NCBI GenBank assembly: GCA_030770535.1 | Contig: JASVEC010000018.1 | Coordinates: 1-64,000 of the forward strand | DNA from: Batkoa obscura | Lineage: Eukaryota | Direction of reading: 5' to 3' | DNA: 64,000 nt | In this document: in pieces, positions 1-11,828 of the stretch | How positions within the stretch are numbered: position 1 is the stretch's first letter | Layout of the letters: the number at the start of each line of letters is the position of its first letter | Program-made: the position numbers and the translations under genes | The notes under the pieces: generated by a model | Databases searched by the model: none | What the model was told of the DNA's origin: nothing | What the model saw: only the letters and a program-made list of their open reading frames with translations

Positions 1-736
1 AACCCTAACCCTAACCCTAACCCAACCCTAACCCTAACCCTAACCTAACCCTAACCCTAACCCTAACCTAACCCTAACTACCCTAACCCTAACCCTAACC
101 CTAACCCTAACCCTAACCCTAACCCTAACCCTAACCCTAACCCTAACCCTAACCCTAACCCTAACCCTAACCCTAACCCTAACCCTAACCCTAACCCTAA
201 CCCTAACCCTAACCCTAACCCTAACCCTAACCCTAACCCTAACCCTAACCCTAACCCTAACCCTAACCCTAACCCTAACCCTAACCCTAACCCTAACCCT
301 AACCCTAACCCTAACCCTAACCCTAACCCTAACCCTAACCCTAACCCTAACCCTAACCCTAACCCTAACCCTAACCCTAACCCTAACCCTAACCCTAACC
401 CTAACCCTAACCCTAACCCTAACCCTAACCCTAACCCTAACCCTAACCCTAACCCTAACCCTAACCCTAACCCTAACCCTAACCCTAACCCTAACCCTAA
501 CCCTAACCCTAACCCTAACCCTAACCCTAACCCTAACCCTAACCCTAACCCTAACCCTAACCCTAACCCTAACCCTAACCCTAACCCTAACCCTAACCCT
601 AACCCTAACCCTAACCCTAACCCTAACCCTAACCCTAACCCTAACCCTAACCCTAACCCTAACCCTAACCCTAACCCTAACCCTAACCCTAACCCTTAAC
701 TCTAACCCTAACCCTAACCTTAACTCTAACCCTAAC
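1..736 (+). repeat. Telomeric repeat array (CCCTAA)n / (TTAGGG)n, left chromosome end
   Basis: About 120 tandem CCCTAA units from base 1. A few variants occur near the tip (1-80) and CCTTAA/CTCTAA variants at 691-736. C-rich strand 5' is the expected orientation for a left end. Confidence 0.99.
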
Positions 737-1208
737 TGTGAAATCTGGTACTCAGTGTTTGGAGTCAAGAGGTCTTAGTTTATATGACTAAGATAGACTT
801 GAATTATGAATAATAGCACATAACAGGCTACGGACTATATAAGATAAATAAAACGGACAATACTAATGTAAAATGTACATAAAATACTATTAAGTAAACT
901 TAGAGAGTCTGTTAAATGTTCGATATATTAAAGAATATTATCCTTTCGCTTTGGTATCCGTACTTGGAGTATAAAAGGGATTTTAGAATATAGTAACTCA
1001 AGACTTTTTAATTGGATTATTCTTTGATATGGTACTTTTAATAAGCCTACTAAGTCTTTTTGATAGTATTTACGTAGATTTTATAGTAGCATTGTTTATT
1101 CTATTTATCTTATATAGTCCGTAGCCTATTATGTGCTATTATTCAAGTCTATCTTAGTCATATAAACTAAGACCTCTTGACTCCAAACACTGAGTACCAG
1201 ATTTCACA
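737..1208. mobile_element. Fold-back of two inverted LTR-like fragments directly abutting the telomere
   Basis: Starts TGTGAAATCTGGTACTCAG (737) and ends CTGAGTACCAGATTTCACA (1208). The outer 68 bp are a perfect inverted repeat and homology continues with mismatches to the centre. Both arms belong to the repeat family seen at 5428, 21598, 22859 and 23103. Confidence 0.9.
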
Positions 1209-1283
1209 CTTATAAGCTATATATAAAAAATATAGTATACAAAATGATTTAAAAAAGCTTTTAACTATTATGTTAAAGAGTAT

Positions 1284-1380
1284 AGGTATATATTCTTATG
1301 TTTAAGGATTTCACTAACAATTTTTTCGCTTAAATAGCGCTTAAAAGATAAAAAAAGCGATGAAGCCAAAAAAACACCCC
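1284..1380 (+). mobile_element. ~97-bp MITE copy (GGGGATGT...ACATCCCC family)
   Basis: Aligns by eye to the consensus GGGGATGTATTTTTGTGTTTAAGAATTTTACTAACAATTTTTCCACTCAAATAGCGCTTAAAAGATGGAAAAAGTAATGAAGCCAAAAAAAACATCCCC. Confidence 0.8.
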
Positions 1381-2029
1381 TATGTATGTATCAATTAAAC
1401 AGCTGTATATAAAAAATAAAATTATTACTGTTTTCATCATAGCTATTAAATATAGACATTAAAATGTAAAAATAATATTTTTTTCAATTAAATAGTAAAA
1501 AGATTTATAATAAGTCCAAATAAAAAGCTTCAGATTAACCACAAAGCTAGTAAAACAATATTTTATATTTGATTAATTTAAATTTTATCTAATTTTTAAA
1601 CTTCCAAAATAAAAATCAATTAAAACCGGTTAAAAACAAAGCTAATTAAAAATAAATATTCTAAAAATTAGAATGTATGTTTTATAAAATATTGTCGTAT
1701 GCATTAAGTAACTTTGCTTTATGATTTTATTTTTTATCAAAGATTTTTTATCAAAGATTTTTATTATTATTTTATATACATTTAAACATTGTTTTTAATT
1801 ATACTTTTTAATTTTAACACTTTAAATAATATTTTTTTAAAGATTACATTACAACAGCTTTGTTTAATATGAAAATAAAAACGTCTAATTTTAATTTATG
1901 ATGTATTAAAATATTGTTCAAATTTAGCTCCTTTCTTGCTTAAAAACGAGATGAAATAGTTAACAACAGGTTGAATGTTAAATTTTTTTACCACAAAACA
2001 GATAAACCTAAATTTTGGGAGAAAAGTAT

Positions 2030-2127
2030 GGGGTGTTTTTTTTGGCTTCATTACTTTTTCCATCTTTTAAGCGCTATTCAAGTGAAAAAATTGTTGGTAA
2101 AATTCTCAAATACAAAAATACATCTCC
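2030..2127 (-). mobile_element. ~97-bp MITE copy, GTAT TSD
   Basis: Reverse-orientation copy with GTAT on both flanks (2026-2029, 2128-2131). Confidence 0.85.
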
Positions 2128-2497
2128 GTATATTGAAATTAATCCAAGTTTGAGATTTTCCATCATCATTAATTAGATTCTTTTAGAAACAAACCAATAA
2201 AAATAGCCCCATACTTATAACTTCAATTACACAAGTATTTTTAAATTGAAATAATTCAATGACTTAGCTTTTAAAAAAAGGCTAAAGACAATTCTCCTTC
2301 CTACCACACTGTATTATAAACCTACACTCATAAGACGAGGTTATTCTCATGAGAGAAAAAGTATTCAAATCACACAAATTTTCAAAAACCAAAAAAGATG
2401 ATCTATTATTAATGATTTATATAATAGCTTAAATATAAAATAAAATATCATTTTAAACAAATAAAACTTTATTAGCAAAATTAGTATATTAAATGGC

Positions 2498-4083
2498 CTA
2501 AAAAGGTTTCTTCATATCAGTGTTATAAGCCCAACGATCTTCTTGGAATCCTTTCATAACATCTTCAAGCAAAATATCTCTGCGCTGGCTAACATAAAAA
2601 GCTTTGTCTAGAACTTTTTGCTTTAATATCGAAATTGTATCCTTTTCAATTGGCTCTTCAAGCAGTCCAGATAAAGCTTCTGTATTAAGTTCTAAATCTT
2701 GTTGATTGTTCTCAAACAAATAAGCAGAGTTATCTCTAGCTAGATAATAGGCAAATGCGTAACTCCACATTAAGGTGTGTCTACACTCTACTAAGGTATC
2801 CACGGCACTCTTTAAAAATTGTACTTCTATCCATGAGAGCTCTGATTCTTTTTGCATAAGCTCCATGTTATTCTCAGTACGAGCATAAAGATCTTGATCT
2901 AACTTAGAACTTTGGAGATGGTTCATATAACGATTATAATAGTGGAGGTATCTTTTCAAGTTTCTCCTCGATTCCTCTTGCTTGTTTCTTGCATCTGCAC
3001 CTTCTTTTTCATCATATCTAGTGCAATTATACCAAGCTTGTCCATGTTGAGCCCACGATCCCATACATACCCAACAGAATTCATTGGTACATTTACGACA
3101 AGTCATATGGTTACAACCACCGTTCTTTTCAATAGTTGAGCCACATTTTGGGCATTCTTTGGTGTTTGCATTTAACCAATTTGCTGTTTCTGAATCATCT
3201 TCACACTTTTTTATCCATAAATCTGCATAAAAGCATAAGCACGGGGAATGATCTTGACGTAAGCAACCAAAACAAAATGAATGATCACTTTGGCATTTAA
3301 CTGAGGGCACAAAGGTTGTTAACGAAGATGGTGGTACCTCGCAATACACAGCGTTTTTACATTCAGGTAATGGGCACCATTTAAAATAGGACTTATCTTG
3401 TACAAATATTTTATCATTACATTCTAAATATCTATATTATAATATTAATTAAAATAAAAATAAAGATAAAAAACTACTTACTTTTCATAATTAAAAGTAC
3501 TAACAATGTTTTTAATAGTGTCATCTTTGTACGGAACACCGCAATTAGTTAGACAAACTATAGCTCTGGAACCACCATCATAAATTTTCTGCTCAAGGTA
3601 AGTTTTATGACAATCAAAGCAAACATCAACTCCACAATAAAACTTGACCACTTTTTGATTTGGAGAATCGTTACAGCATATGTTACAAAAAAAATCGTTT
3701 TCTTCTTTAATTTCTGGTTCAAAATCTCCCTTATCTAATATGATATCAATTCCTGATTTTTTATAAGTGTTATCCGGGTCATCGCTTAACAATTCAGTAA
3801 GCTTATCTCTGTTCCAGCGATATTTTCTCAATAAAATCCCAATTAAAGCTTTATCTAGCCCAAATATATCATTTATTGCTGTAATTTCCTTATCCTGATA
3901 TTCGCGTAATTCTTCTGGGGTGAACATCTTAAATTCACACTCATACATTTTTTTTTTCTTTTTTTCTTTTTCTAATGGCTCAAACGAGTCACCTATTTCA
4001 TCTACCATTCCACTATCAGAATCGTATTCAATATCACTATTCTCTTCATAAAATTCTCCATCATTATCTGAAAAGCTATCCAT
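2498..4083 (-). CDS. ARI1: Ariadne-family RBR E3 ubiquitin ligase (ARI1/HEL1-like), 2 exons (4083-3482, 3431-2498)
   Basis: Acidic N-terminus, RING1, IBR (KWCPLPEC...C..HSFCFGC), RING2 (TKECPKCGSTIEKNGGCNHMTC...FCWVC) and Ariadne domain. A 50-nt GT-AG intron at 3432-3481 joins the frames. Confidence 0.93.
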
Positions 4084-5012
4084 CTGTTGGCCGTAATAAA
4101 TTAAAAAACAATAACTAATCACCATTTTATTTTAGTTTTTAAATCTGCTTTTTTTTTGCAAACTTTACTTTTTGGGAACAAATTTTGTGGCAATGGCATA
4201 AGCTTTTAAATTTAGAACATTACTCTTACTGCGTATATGTAAAAATTTATAAGAACGAAAAACTAAACTGATATTATTAAGCAATAATAGAACTAAAATT
4301 ATTAAACTTCCTTGAAGATTATCATAATGAACAAGACTAGAAGTAAGTATGTTTAATGTTTACTAATTTTGAGTTTAAGAAACATTAAAGTACATGTATA
4401 AGCTATTACTAAATCCAAAGTAAAAGTGGCTTTTTGCATCACAAAAATTAGTTTTAACAATTTTTCATGTAGTAACTTTTGAATTTAGTTAGCAAGTTTT
4501 AAAACACCCAAAATCAATGAATTTTGCAACTCATTTTAAATTCAATTTCTGAGATTTATTTGAACATGTCTTTTTTAGCTTTTCATTTAATAAATCACTT
4601 GCTTAATAAATATTAAAAATTTTAAATTTTTTGTTTTTTTTATAAACTTTATAATTTTAATTAAACTTATATTCATCTTTCATCTATTCATCAGATACTC
4701 AATGATAAAATATAAATGTTTTTTATTTCTTTATTTTTTTATACTTTTTAAAAATTATATCTTTTTTTATTATGTTTATAAACTAACTAATCAATATTTT
4801 TTATTTTATTTATGTTTAAAGCTGTTTTTTTATTATAAAGCTTTAAAATTGATATTTATACTATTGTTTATTTCATAAAAAAATTTAGTATATAATATAA
4901 GAACTTTTAAAATTAAAAACGATTTCCTGTATTTGCTTACACATTAATCATTATGAATTTTTCAAATAAGAGCTTTTTAAATATTAAATCAGTCAAACAG
5001 CCTCATGTATAT

Positions 5013-5105
5013 GAGAATATGTTTTTTCATTTAAGAACTTTACTAGTAATATTTCTGCTTAAATAGTGCTTAAAGAAAAAAGTAATAAAACCAAAAAAAC
5101 ACCCC
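5013..5105 (+). mobile_element. ~97-bp MITE copy
   Basis: GAGAATATG...AAAAACACCCC with flanks ATAT/GTAT. Confidence 0.75.
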
Positions 5106-5328
5106 GTATTTTATTTGAAGTCCAAAATTATTATATAATTCTTATTATTTTATTTTTTATTATTATATTTGCTCTATTTTAAATGGCTTTTTTCTACCTA
5201 TATACTAGATACATATATTATATAAATTTGTTTTTCTTCCTATATTTTTAAAATTACTTAATATATGTTTAAAAAATATTAACCTAACTACTGCTTTATC
5301 TTTTAAATTATTAAAATATTTACTATAT

Positions 5329-5423
5329 GAGGATATATTTTTTTAAGAATTTTACTAACAATTTTTCCACTTAAATAAAATTTAAAAAACGGAAAAGTAA
5401 TGAAATCAAGAAAAAACATCCCT
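5329..5423 (+). mobile_element. ~97-bp MITE copy, ATAT TSD
   Basis: GAGGATAT...ACATCCCT flanked by ATAT/ATAT. Confidence 0.85.
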
Positions 5424-5427
5424 ATAT

Positions 5428-5884
5428 TTTGAAATATTGTTCTGTCAGCTCTATGACTGATTATAACATAACAATCACTTAAGTTGTTATGTTCTCAAGT
5501 TCAGGCACAATCAATTCAGAGTCTCTTGTTTTGATTTGCTGAGAGAACTTCCCACTTCATTACAAAGAATATTATCCTTTCGCTTTGGTATCCGTACTTG
5601 GAGTATAAAAGGGATTTTAGAATATAGTAACTCAAGACTTTTTAATTGGATTATTCTTTGATATGGTACTTTTAATAAGCCTACTAAGTCTTTTTGATAG
5701 TATTTTACATAGATTTTACAATAATATTGTCTATTCTATTTATCTTACATAGTCCGTAGCCTATTGTGTGCTTTTCTTCATAATTCAAGTCTATCTTAGT
5801 CACATAAACTAAGACCTCTTGACCTACAATTAATTAATCAAGCAGGAACTGCTTTTGACTCCAGCCACTGAGTACCAGATTTCA
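5428..5884 (+). mobile_element. Solo-LTR-like repeat copy (~460 bp)
   Basis: TTTGAAATATTG...CTGAGTACCAGATTTCA, internal GGAGTATAAAAG TATA-like motif, flanked by ATAT/ATAT, colinear with the 21598 copy. Confidence 0.85.
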
Positions 5885-5888
5885 ATAT

Positions 5889-6147
5889 GGGGGTGTTTTT
5901 TTGACTTCATCACTTTTTCTATTTTTTTGAAGTATTGATTATATATATCGCTTAACTGAATTTATATTAGTAATAAATTCTAATTTTTATTTTTTCATTT
6001 TATTTTATTTTTATTTAGTTTTAAGCTTTTTAAATTTAACTAATTATATAAAGCTATTTTTTTTGGCTTCATCACTTTCTTAATCTTTTAAGCACTATTT
6101 GAGTGGAAACATTATTAATAGAATTCTTAAAACAAAAAATACATTTC
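5889..6147 (-). mobile_element. Partial MITE (5889-~5935) plus degraded MITE copy (~6052-6147)
   Basis: GGGGGTGTTTTTTTGACTTCATCACTTTT and TTTTGGCTTCATCAC...GAGTGGAAAC...ATACATTTC match the reverse complement of the family consensus. Confidence 0.7.
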
Positions 6148-6919
6148 AATATATTAAGGGCTTACAACTTTAAACTTAAAAGTTGAATTTTAAATCCTGA
6201 GATAATTTAAACATCCCTTGTATTGATAAAAATATTTAAATTTTTTTTTTTTTCAATTATTATTTTGATAATTTGCAAAATAGACTTTATTATTTATAAA
6301 ATAACTGTAACATAAAAATTATATTTTTTATAATTTTTTAATCAATTTAAATAAAAATACTTTAAATATATAGTATGATAAAACTCATAAAATATAATAA
6401 TAAATTTTGAAAGTTTAAAATTATAAAAAGACATATCTTTAAATTAACTTTTTTAACTTTCATAAGTCGAATATTAATAACAAAGCATTTAATAAAAATG
6501 CTTCAGATAAAACATATAATAAAATTACAGTTTTATTTATTGTTGTTATCTTGATTGTAGAATCCAATAAGTGCTTTTTAAAATTGAATCATGGTGTAAT
6601 GTTTTAAGCAAAGATAGGAACTGTGAAATTTATTCAAAAAGAATAAAATTGTAAGATGAATGCTTACTAGAATTTAATTTAAACGTAGAATAGGCATTTA
6701 TATATTGTATTTCTTATTCTAAAAATAGAAAATATTATTACTATTAAATGTAGTAAATACAAAATAAAATCCCCAATCCACGTTTAAATTGAGCCAGTTG
6801 TCAAACAACCCAAATGATCTCTCCTTAAAACAATGAAAATTTTATTTATGCAAGATAATACAAAGTGATAAATCAGTTCAATTTACTATTTTTATGAAAT
6901 CAATAATCAAACCAAACAT

Positions 6920-7300
6920 AAAAAAGTTAGGGTAATGCGAGTTAGCCAATCATGTTATTTAGGGTAAAAGTTTAAGTCCCTAACTTATTTAATTCGATCC
7001 GATCTTTACTTTTTGTCCCCCAAAAGTGCAATTTTATTGTAAGTTTTATCCTTACAAAGTTGTCATGAATTCACCCCTCCTTAGAATTACCTAAATATTA
7101 CCAATATTAATTTTAATAGGGTCTTTTTTTAAGTTTGATTGGACTATCACTCTCATCTGGTGTTTAAGCAAAGTCTAAATGGAAAGTTGGAGTAAAGGAA
7201 AAATTACTTAATTGGGATGACATGCCCTAAGCTTGGGGCCAATAATGAAGAGTTATTTTCGATTTTCGATCCGATCTAGAGGATAGTGGGAGTGGGCAAT
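6920..7300. promoter_or_regulatory. Putative upstream regulatory region of the C2H2 TF, with telobox hexamers, CCAAT boxes and a duplicated 13-mer
   Basis: TTAGGG at 6927 and 6959, CCCTAA at 6978 and 7225, AGCCAATCA at ~6944, TTCGATCCGATCT at 6993 and 7265, locally higher GC. Confidence 0.4.
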
Positions 7301-7788
7301 AACTATTAAGTTAAAATGAATCAACAAAATAAATTTATCGTTTAAATATAATTAAAAAGTTGTATTGTTTAAAAAAAACAACAAAAAAAAAGTATCTAAT
7401 TTTTGATTTTAATTGCTTAAAAATGATTAAATTTAAATAACTTGAACTAGATTTCGTAAATTTTGATAAGTTGTAAGTTTAAATAAATAGAAATTAATTT
7501 TTGAGCGCTTTTGAAAGTAAATCTTTCTTTCTCTTTCTCATTTCACTACAACAGTCACCGCTTACTAAAACCGATTATTAGTAACTATAAGAAAGGAACG
7601 ATATAACAATCATAAATATTCAATTCTAAAGTTAATACCAGAAGATATTAAATTTATTATTACTATATATTACTACATATTACAATAAATATTAAGTTAT
7701 TTCAAAGTTATTTATTTATTGAGGTGTAATATTATCCTTAATATACCCGAACAATACTATACAGAACTCAAAGTATAATATTTAATTT

Positions 7789-9177
7789 ATGGATTCCAGG
7801 TCCAAAGACAGCTATAATCAGAATCAAAACAAAGAATTAAATAGCTTTTCTTTAACAAAAAAATTAAAAGCCACTTTTTTGTCACCTGATCAAGGGGTAT
7901 CATCATCAACTGTCGTGAGTAGTAGATCCGAAAGTTTAGGTTCAAATAAAGTAAATACAAACGATTCTCCAGAACAATCAAGCTACAATATTTCAGTGAC
8001 TGATAGCGGGAATAGCAACTCGCCGGTAAACCTAGACTTATTTCCTAAAGCAGAATTTAATTTAAGCTATAAAAACAACAACAAATATGGAGATCAACGG
8101 CTAGAAAAAAGCGAAAAGCAGAGTTTATCAAATTATTCAGATTTAAGTAATATTAAATTAAACAACAATAGTACATTGAATAATAATGGGGATTTAGCTA
8201 ATGTTACTACAATCACTGGTGAGAATAGCCAAAATAGTTTACTTCCGACTGCAAATGAATTACCAAATATCCAGCATATGGATCAATTAATACTAAGTAT
8301 GATGAACCTATTAAAAAAATATTCTGAGGATGAAAAAGAAGAAGAAAAAGAAAAGAAAAAGATGAGTAATAACTCGTTTAACAATAGTCATACTATTAGC
8401 CCTTCACATTCACTTTATTTTATTTCAAATAAAACCAAGGATGAACAGGAACAAGAAAAGAAAAATAAATTGAGCCATCAGTTAATTACAGTTATGAGGG
8501 ATAGCGTACCATTGAATTATTTAGTTGAATTAAATAAAAAACAGTGTGATCATCCCATAAAATGGCATCCTTGTAGATATAATTCTTGCTTTAATACTTA
8601 TCGTTCGAAAGGCTCATTGCATCGCCACGTTTATTCTCATACTGGGGAAAGGCCATATATATGTCAATATCCAGGGTGTGATAAAAGTTACTCGGCATCA
8701 GATAGATTATCAGAACATATGCATTCACATACAAATCAAAGGCCGTACCAATGCAAAGTACTAGGATGTGATAAGGCGTATAATGATCCAAAAACATTAA
8801 GGGAGCACAAGAAAACACATGGAGAAAAAAGTTTCTTTTGTCCAATATCAAATTGTAGTAAATCATTTCATCGTAAAACACACCTTAAACAACATATGCG
8901 TACACATAATAAAGATGTGAGTTATCATAGACTTTTCACCAAATCAAACGAAAGTAGTAGCAACAATAGTAATCAAACTAATAATGAAAATGAAAATAAT
9001 GATGAAAACGATGATGACAGTAATAATACAATTAATAAAAGTGAAGAAGGAAGCGAAGAAGATAAAGATAAACAGATGAAGCAATCACCTAACAAAAGCT
9101 ATAGCACGAGATCATTATTAAATAATAATGATAATAAACATTTTAGAATTCAAAAGAGGTCCTCACCTGAATTATAA
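7789..9177 (+). CDS. C2H2 zinc-finger transcription factor (4 fingers)
   Basis: Intronless 462-aa ORF with four CxxxxC-x12-HxxxH fingers and HTGERPY/HTNQRPY linkers. Confidence 0.92.
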   Translation: MDSRSKDSYNQNQNKELNSFSLTKKLKATFLSPDQGVSSSTVVSSRSESLGSNKVNTNDSPEQSSYNISVTDSGNSNSPVNLDLFPKAEFNLSYKNNNKYGDQRLEKSEKQSLSNYSDLSNIKLNNNSTLNNNGDLANVTTITGENSQNSLLPTANELPNIQHMDQLILSMMNLLKKYSEDEKEEEKEKKKMSNNSFNNSHTISPSHSLYFISNKTKDEQEQEKKNKLSHQLITVMRDSVPLNYLVELNKKQCDHPIKWHPCRYNSCFNTYRSKGSLHRHVYSHTGERPYICQYPGCDKSYSASDRLSEHMHSHTNQRPYQCKVLGCDKAYNDPKTLREHKKTHGEKSFFCPISNCSKSFHRKTHLKQHMRTHNKDVSYHRLFTKSNESSSNNSNQTNNENENNDENDDDSNNTINKSEEGSEEDKDKQMKQSPNKSYSTRSLLNNNDNKHFRIQKRSSPEL

Positions 9178-9293
9178 ATTATTATTATTACATAGTAATT
9201 ACAATAATCATATCCTTCACTTAAAAAATAATAAAAATATTATTTTAAATAAAAAACATCAAATTTAACTTTTGTTTATTTTGTTCTTGCTTT

Positions 9294-10235
9294 TTATTTA
9301 ATAAAAAACATCTTTTTTATTAAGTTAATAAAGGAATAATAAATTTCATCATGTAATAATAAAATAAAAATACCATTAAATAGGGGAAGCAAGGATCTCA
9401 GAAAAACACTTATTAAATCAATTAAAGGAGGGATCTTCTGTTTATAGAGCATATATGGAATAAGTGTATATAAATCCATACTGACGGTTAATGTATAACA
9501 AATTAACATCAAAACGGCTTTAATAATTAAATTAAAATATCTACTTTTAACTGAAGTATTAAATTGATGAATTAAATTGTTGTTTTTGATAGGACTCATT
9601 GATTTCCTAATTAGCTGCTTAAAATTGACCTTATAGTGATGGTACAATACTAATGTGTAACAATAATAAATTGTTATTATAAATAAGCACCATCTTATTA
9701 TTAAAATGAGATTATAGGCCAAAATAAAATTCTCTGCAAATACACTATTAGTTACTTTCCTAGGTCTACAATAATGGCCTACTGGCATAACCTTAGGGTT
9801 TGATATTATCACATCAACAATAATTAAACTGAAATTAACTATCATAAAAAACAATATAGCACCGACAATAACCCAGTAATTGATTTTGTTGTTTTTTACA
9901 ATATAAAAATATCTTAATATAGCCAACAGCATTACAAAGCATACATTATTTGATGCTATGGATTCATTTGAAATACTATTAATTAAACATAATAAACTAT
10001 TATCATGGAAATATTTGCTCTCAAATGCAAATATAAATACTTTTTGTATAATTGATAAAGCTGAATAGGATAAATCAAAGGATAATGATAAGAATGTGAT
10101 TAATATCTCAATGTTTTTAAGTGGTGATAATTTAAATAGTGAGATCAATATAATACTGTTAATAATAGTTGATAGTCCAGCTACACTAAAGTCCAGTCCG
10201 ATTGATATTTTAGGGATTAATAAAGTATTGTCCAT
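9294..10235 (-). CDS. 7TM class-A-like GPCR
   Basis: 313 aa with seven hydrophobic segments, Cys at the top of TM3, LAILRY (DRY-like), Cys in ECL2 and a TM7 PLFNG motif. Confidence 0.75.
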   Translation of the reverse strand: MDNTLLIPKISIGLDFSVAGLSTIINSIILISLFKLSPLKNIEILITFLSLSFDLSYSALSIIQKVFIFAFESKYFHDNSLLCLINSISNESIASNNVCFVMLLAILRYFYIVKNNKINYWVIVGAILFFMIVNFSLIIVDVIISNPKVMPVGHYCRPRKVTNSVFAENFILAYNLILIIRWCLFIITIYYCYTLVLYHHYKVNFKQLIRKSMSPIKNNNLIHQFNTSVKSRYFNLIIKAVLMLICYTLTVSMDLYTLIPYMLYKQKIPPLIDLISVFLRSLLPLFNGIFILLLHDEIYYSFINLIKKMFFIK

Positions 10236-10757
10236 TATTAACTGATAAAAAAATAAAACAAGGCATTTTGTTTAAGCTGTATTTATATCAAATATTTAAT
10301 AATGAATTAATAAATTATTCTCATTTTGACCCTTGTTTCCCATTTAGCATGATTTATTTTCTGTTCTCAGTTATTTCGTTTACTATACTATACTGTTATA
10401 TTTACGACTGTAATAAGATTGCTATTACTATTATTAATAAACGCATTCTAAATATTATAAATCGAGAATATTCAAATTAGTTTTCAATACTTTATGTCTA
10501 AAACACGGAATTGCAATAAATAATTTATTAATATAGTCTGCTGTATAAAGCTGATTAATAAAAAAGGAAATAAAAATCTTCGATTCATAAATTAATAAGA
10601 TATTATGATAAAAGTAAAAATGTTTAAAATACTCTTAATTGGTAATAAGGATTTATTTCACTTTCAAAAGTATAGTTTATTAAGTTTATTAATTAATTCC
10701 GCTTATTAAGCTCATTTCGCCCATTTTGCACTTCCAGAACTCTCTTTAACTTCAAAT

Positions 10758-10854
10758 GGGGATGTTTTTTTGGCTTCATTGTTTTTTCCATTTTTAAGCG
10801 CTATTTGAGTGGAAAAATTGTTAGTGAAATCCTTAAACACAAAAATATATCCGC
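10758..10854 (-). mobile_element. ~97-bp MITE copy, AAAT TSD
   Basis: GGGGATGTTTTTTTGGCTTC...ATATCCGC flanked by AAAT/AAAT. Confidence 0.88.
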
Positions 10855-11043
10855 AAATTGTGAAGCTACTCAACATTCGGTTTGAAGTTAAATAGATCCA
10901 ATATTTGCATTGCTTAAATAAATGTACAAACTGCAGTTTAATATTTAATTATTCAAGTGAGCTCTAATTACTAAATTAACCAATTATATTTAGTATATAC
11001 AATGTAAAAATGCTTTAGTTTTTATTTTAGCTTTCAATTAAAA

Positions 11044-11820
11044 ATGGATTCTATCATGTATAATCAAGAAAGAAAAGGGACAGATGCTAATAATAATATC
11101 AAACTAAATGGAATTACAAATACAGACGAGGTTATAAATGAGGTTTACGAAATAATAGAACTTTATAATTCAATAAAAAAGAAGACAAACAGCCAAATTA
11201 ACGAACTAAAGATTAAGGAGCAAGGTAATCTTATTTATAATTTAATCATAACAGTACTAAATGAAGTATTAAAAATAGATGTTGCTAAAAAAGTGGAAAA
11301 CGATTTACGCTTATATAGTAAATACGTAACTAAAGTTAATGAAATTAACGATGAGAGTTTGAGGATTAAATATAATAGGGAGATATTTAAATTATCCAAT
11401 AAAATTCAAATAAATGAACAGCTTCTTTTAAATGTAACTGAAGAAGTGGATACTTTAGAGAATGAAATCATCGAAATAGAAAATAATCTTCTTACAAATT
11501 ATATTCCTTCTGATCCTAATGTGTAAGCTTTTACCTTCTCTATCATATTTAATAATATTTTTTAGTTTGAAGATAGAATTATGTCATAGGTTAGGCTTTT
11601 ATTTACTTGATCATGGAAATAAGAATGGGAATGACAGAAACTATAAATTACAAATATGTGGTATTTTATTCAATAATATAATACAATATAATATATCCTA
11701 AAATAATATACTATTTTAGGTTCGGACAATTTGTCATTATCTACAATTACTATTACAGATATCTTAAACTCTTCCACTTTAGATTTTGATACAATTAATG
11801 ATATTTGGGATCGTTGCTAG
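11044..11820 (+). CDS. Coiled-coil protein, probable kinetochore Ndc80-complex subunit Spc24 (3 exons)
   Basis: Long coiled coil, then after short introns LKIELCHRLGF...DFDTINDIWDRC*, resembling the Spc24 C-terminal domain (LKLYxxLG...N.LW). Confidence 0.5.
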
Positions 11821-11828
11821 CATTAATA

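Noticed and set aside
40..768. 242-aa (RV)n ORF on the minus strand
   Set aside because: It is the translation of the TTAGGG array, with a non-ATG start inside the LTR-like end. There is no evidence of a gene.
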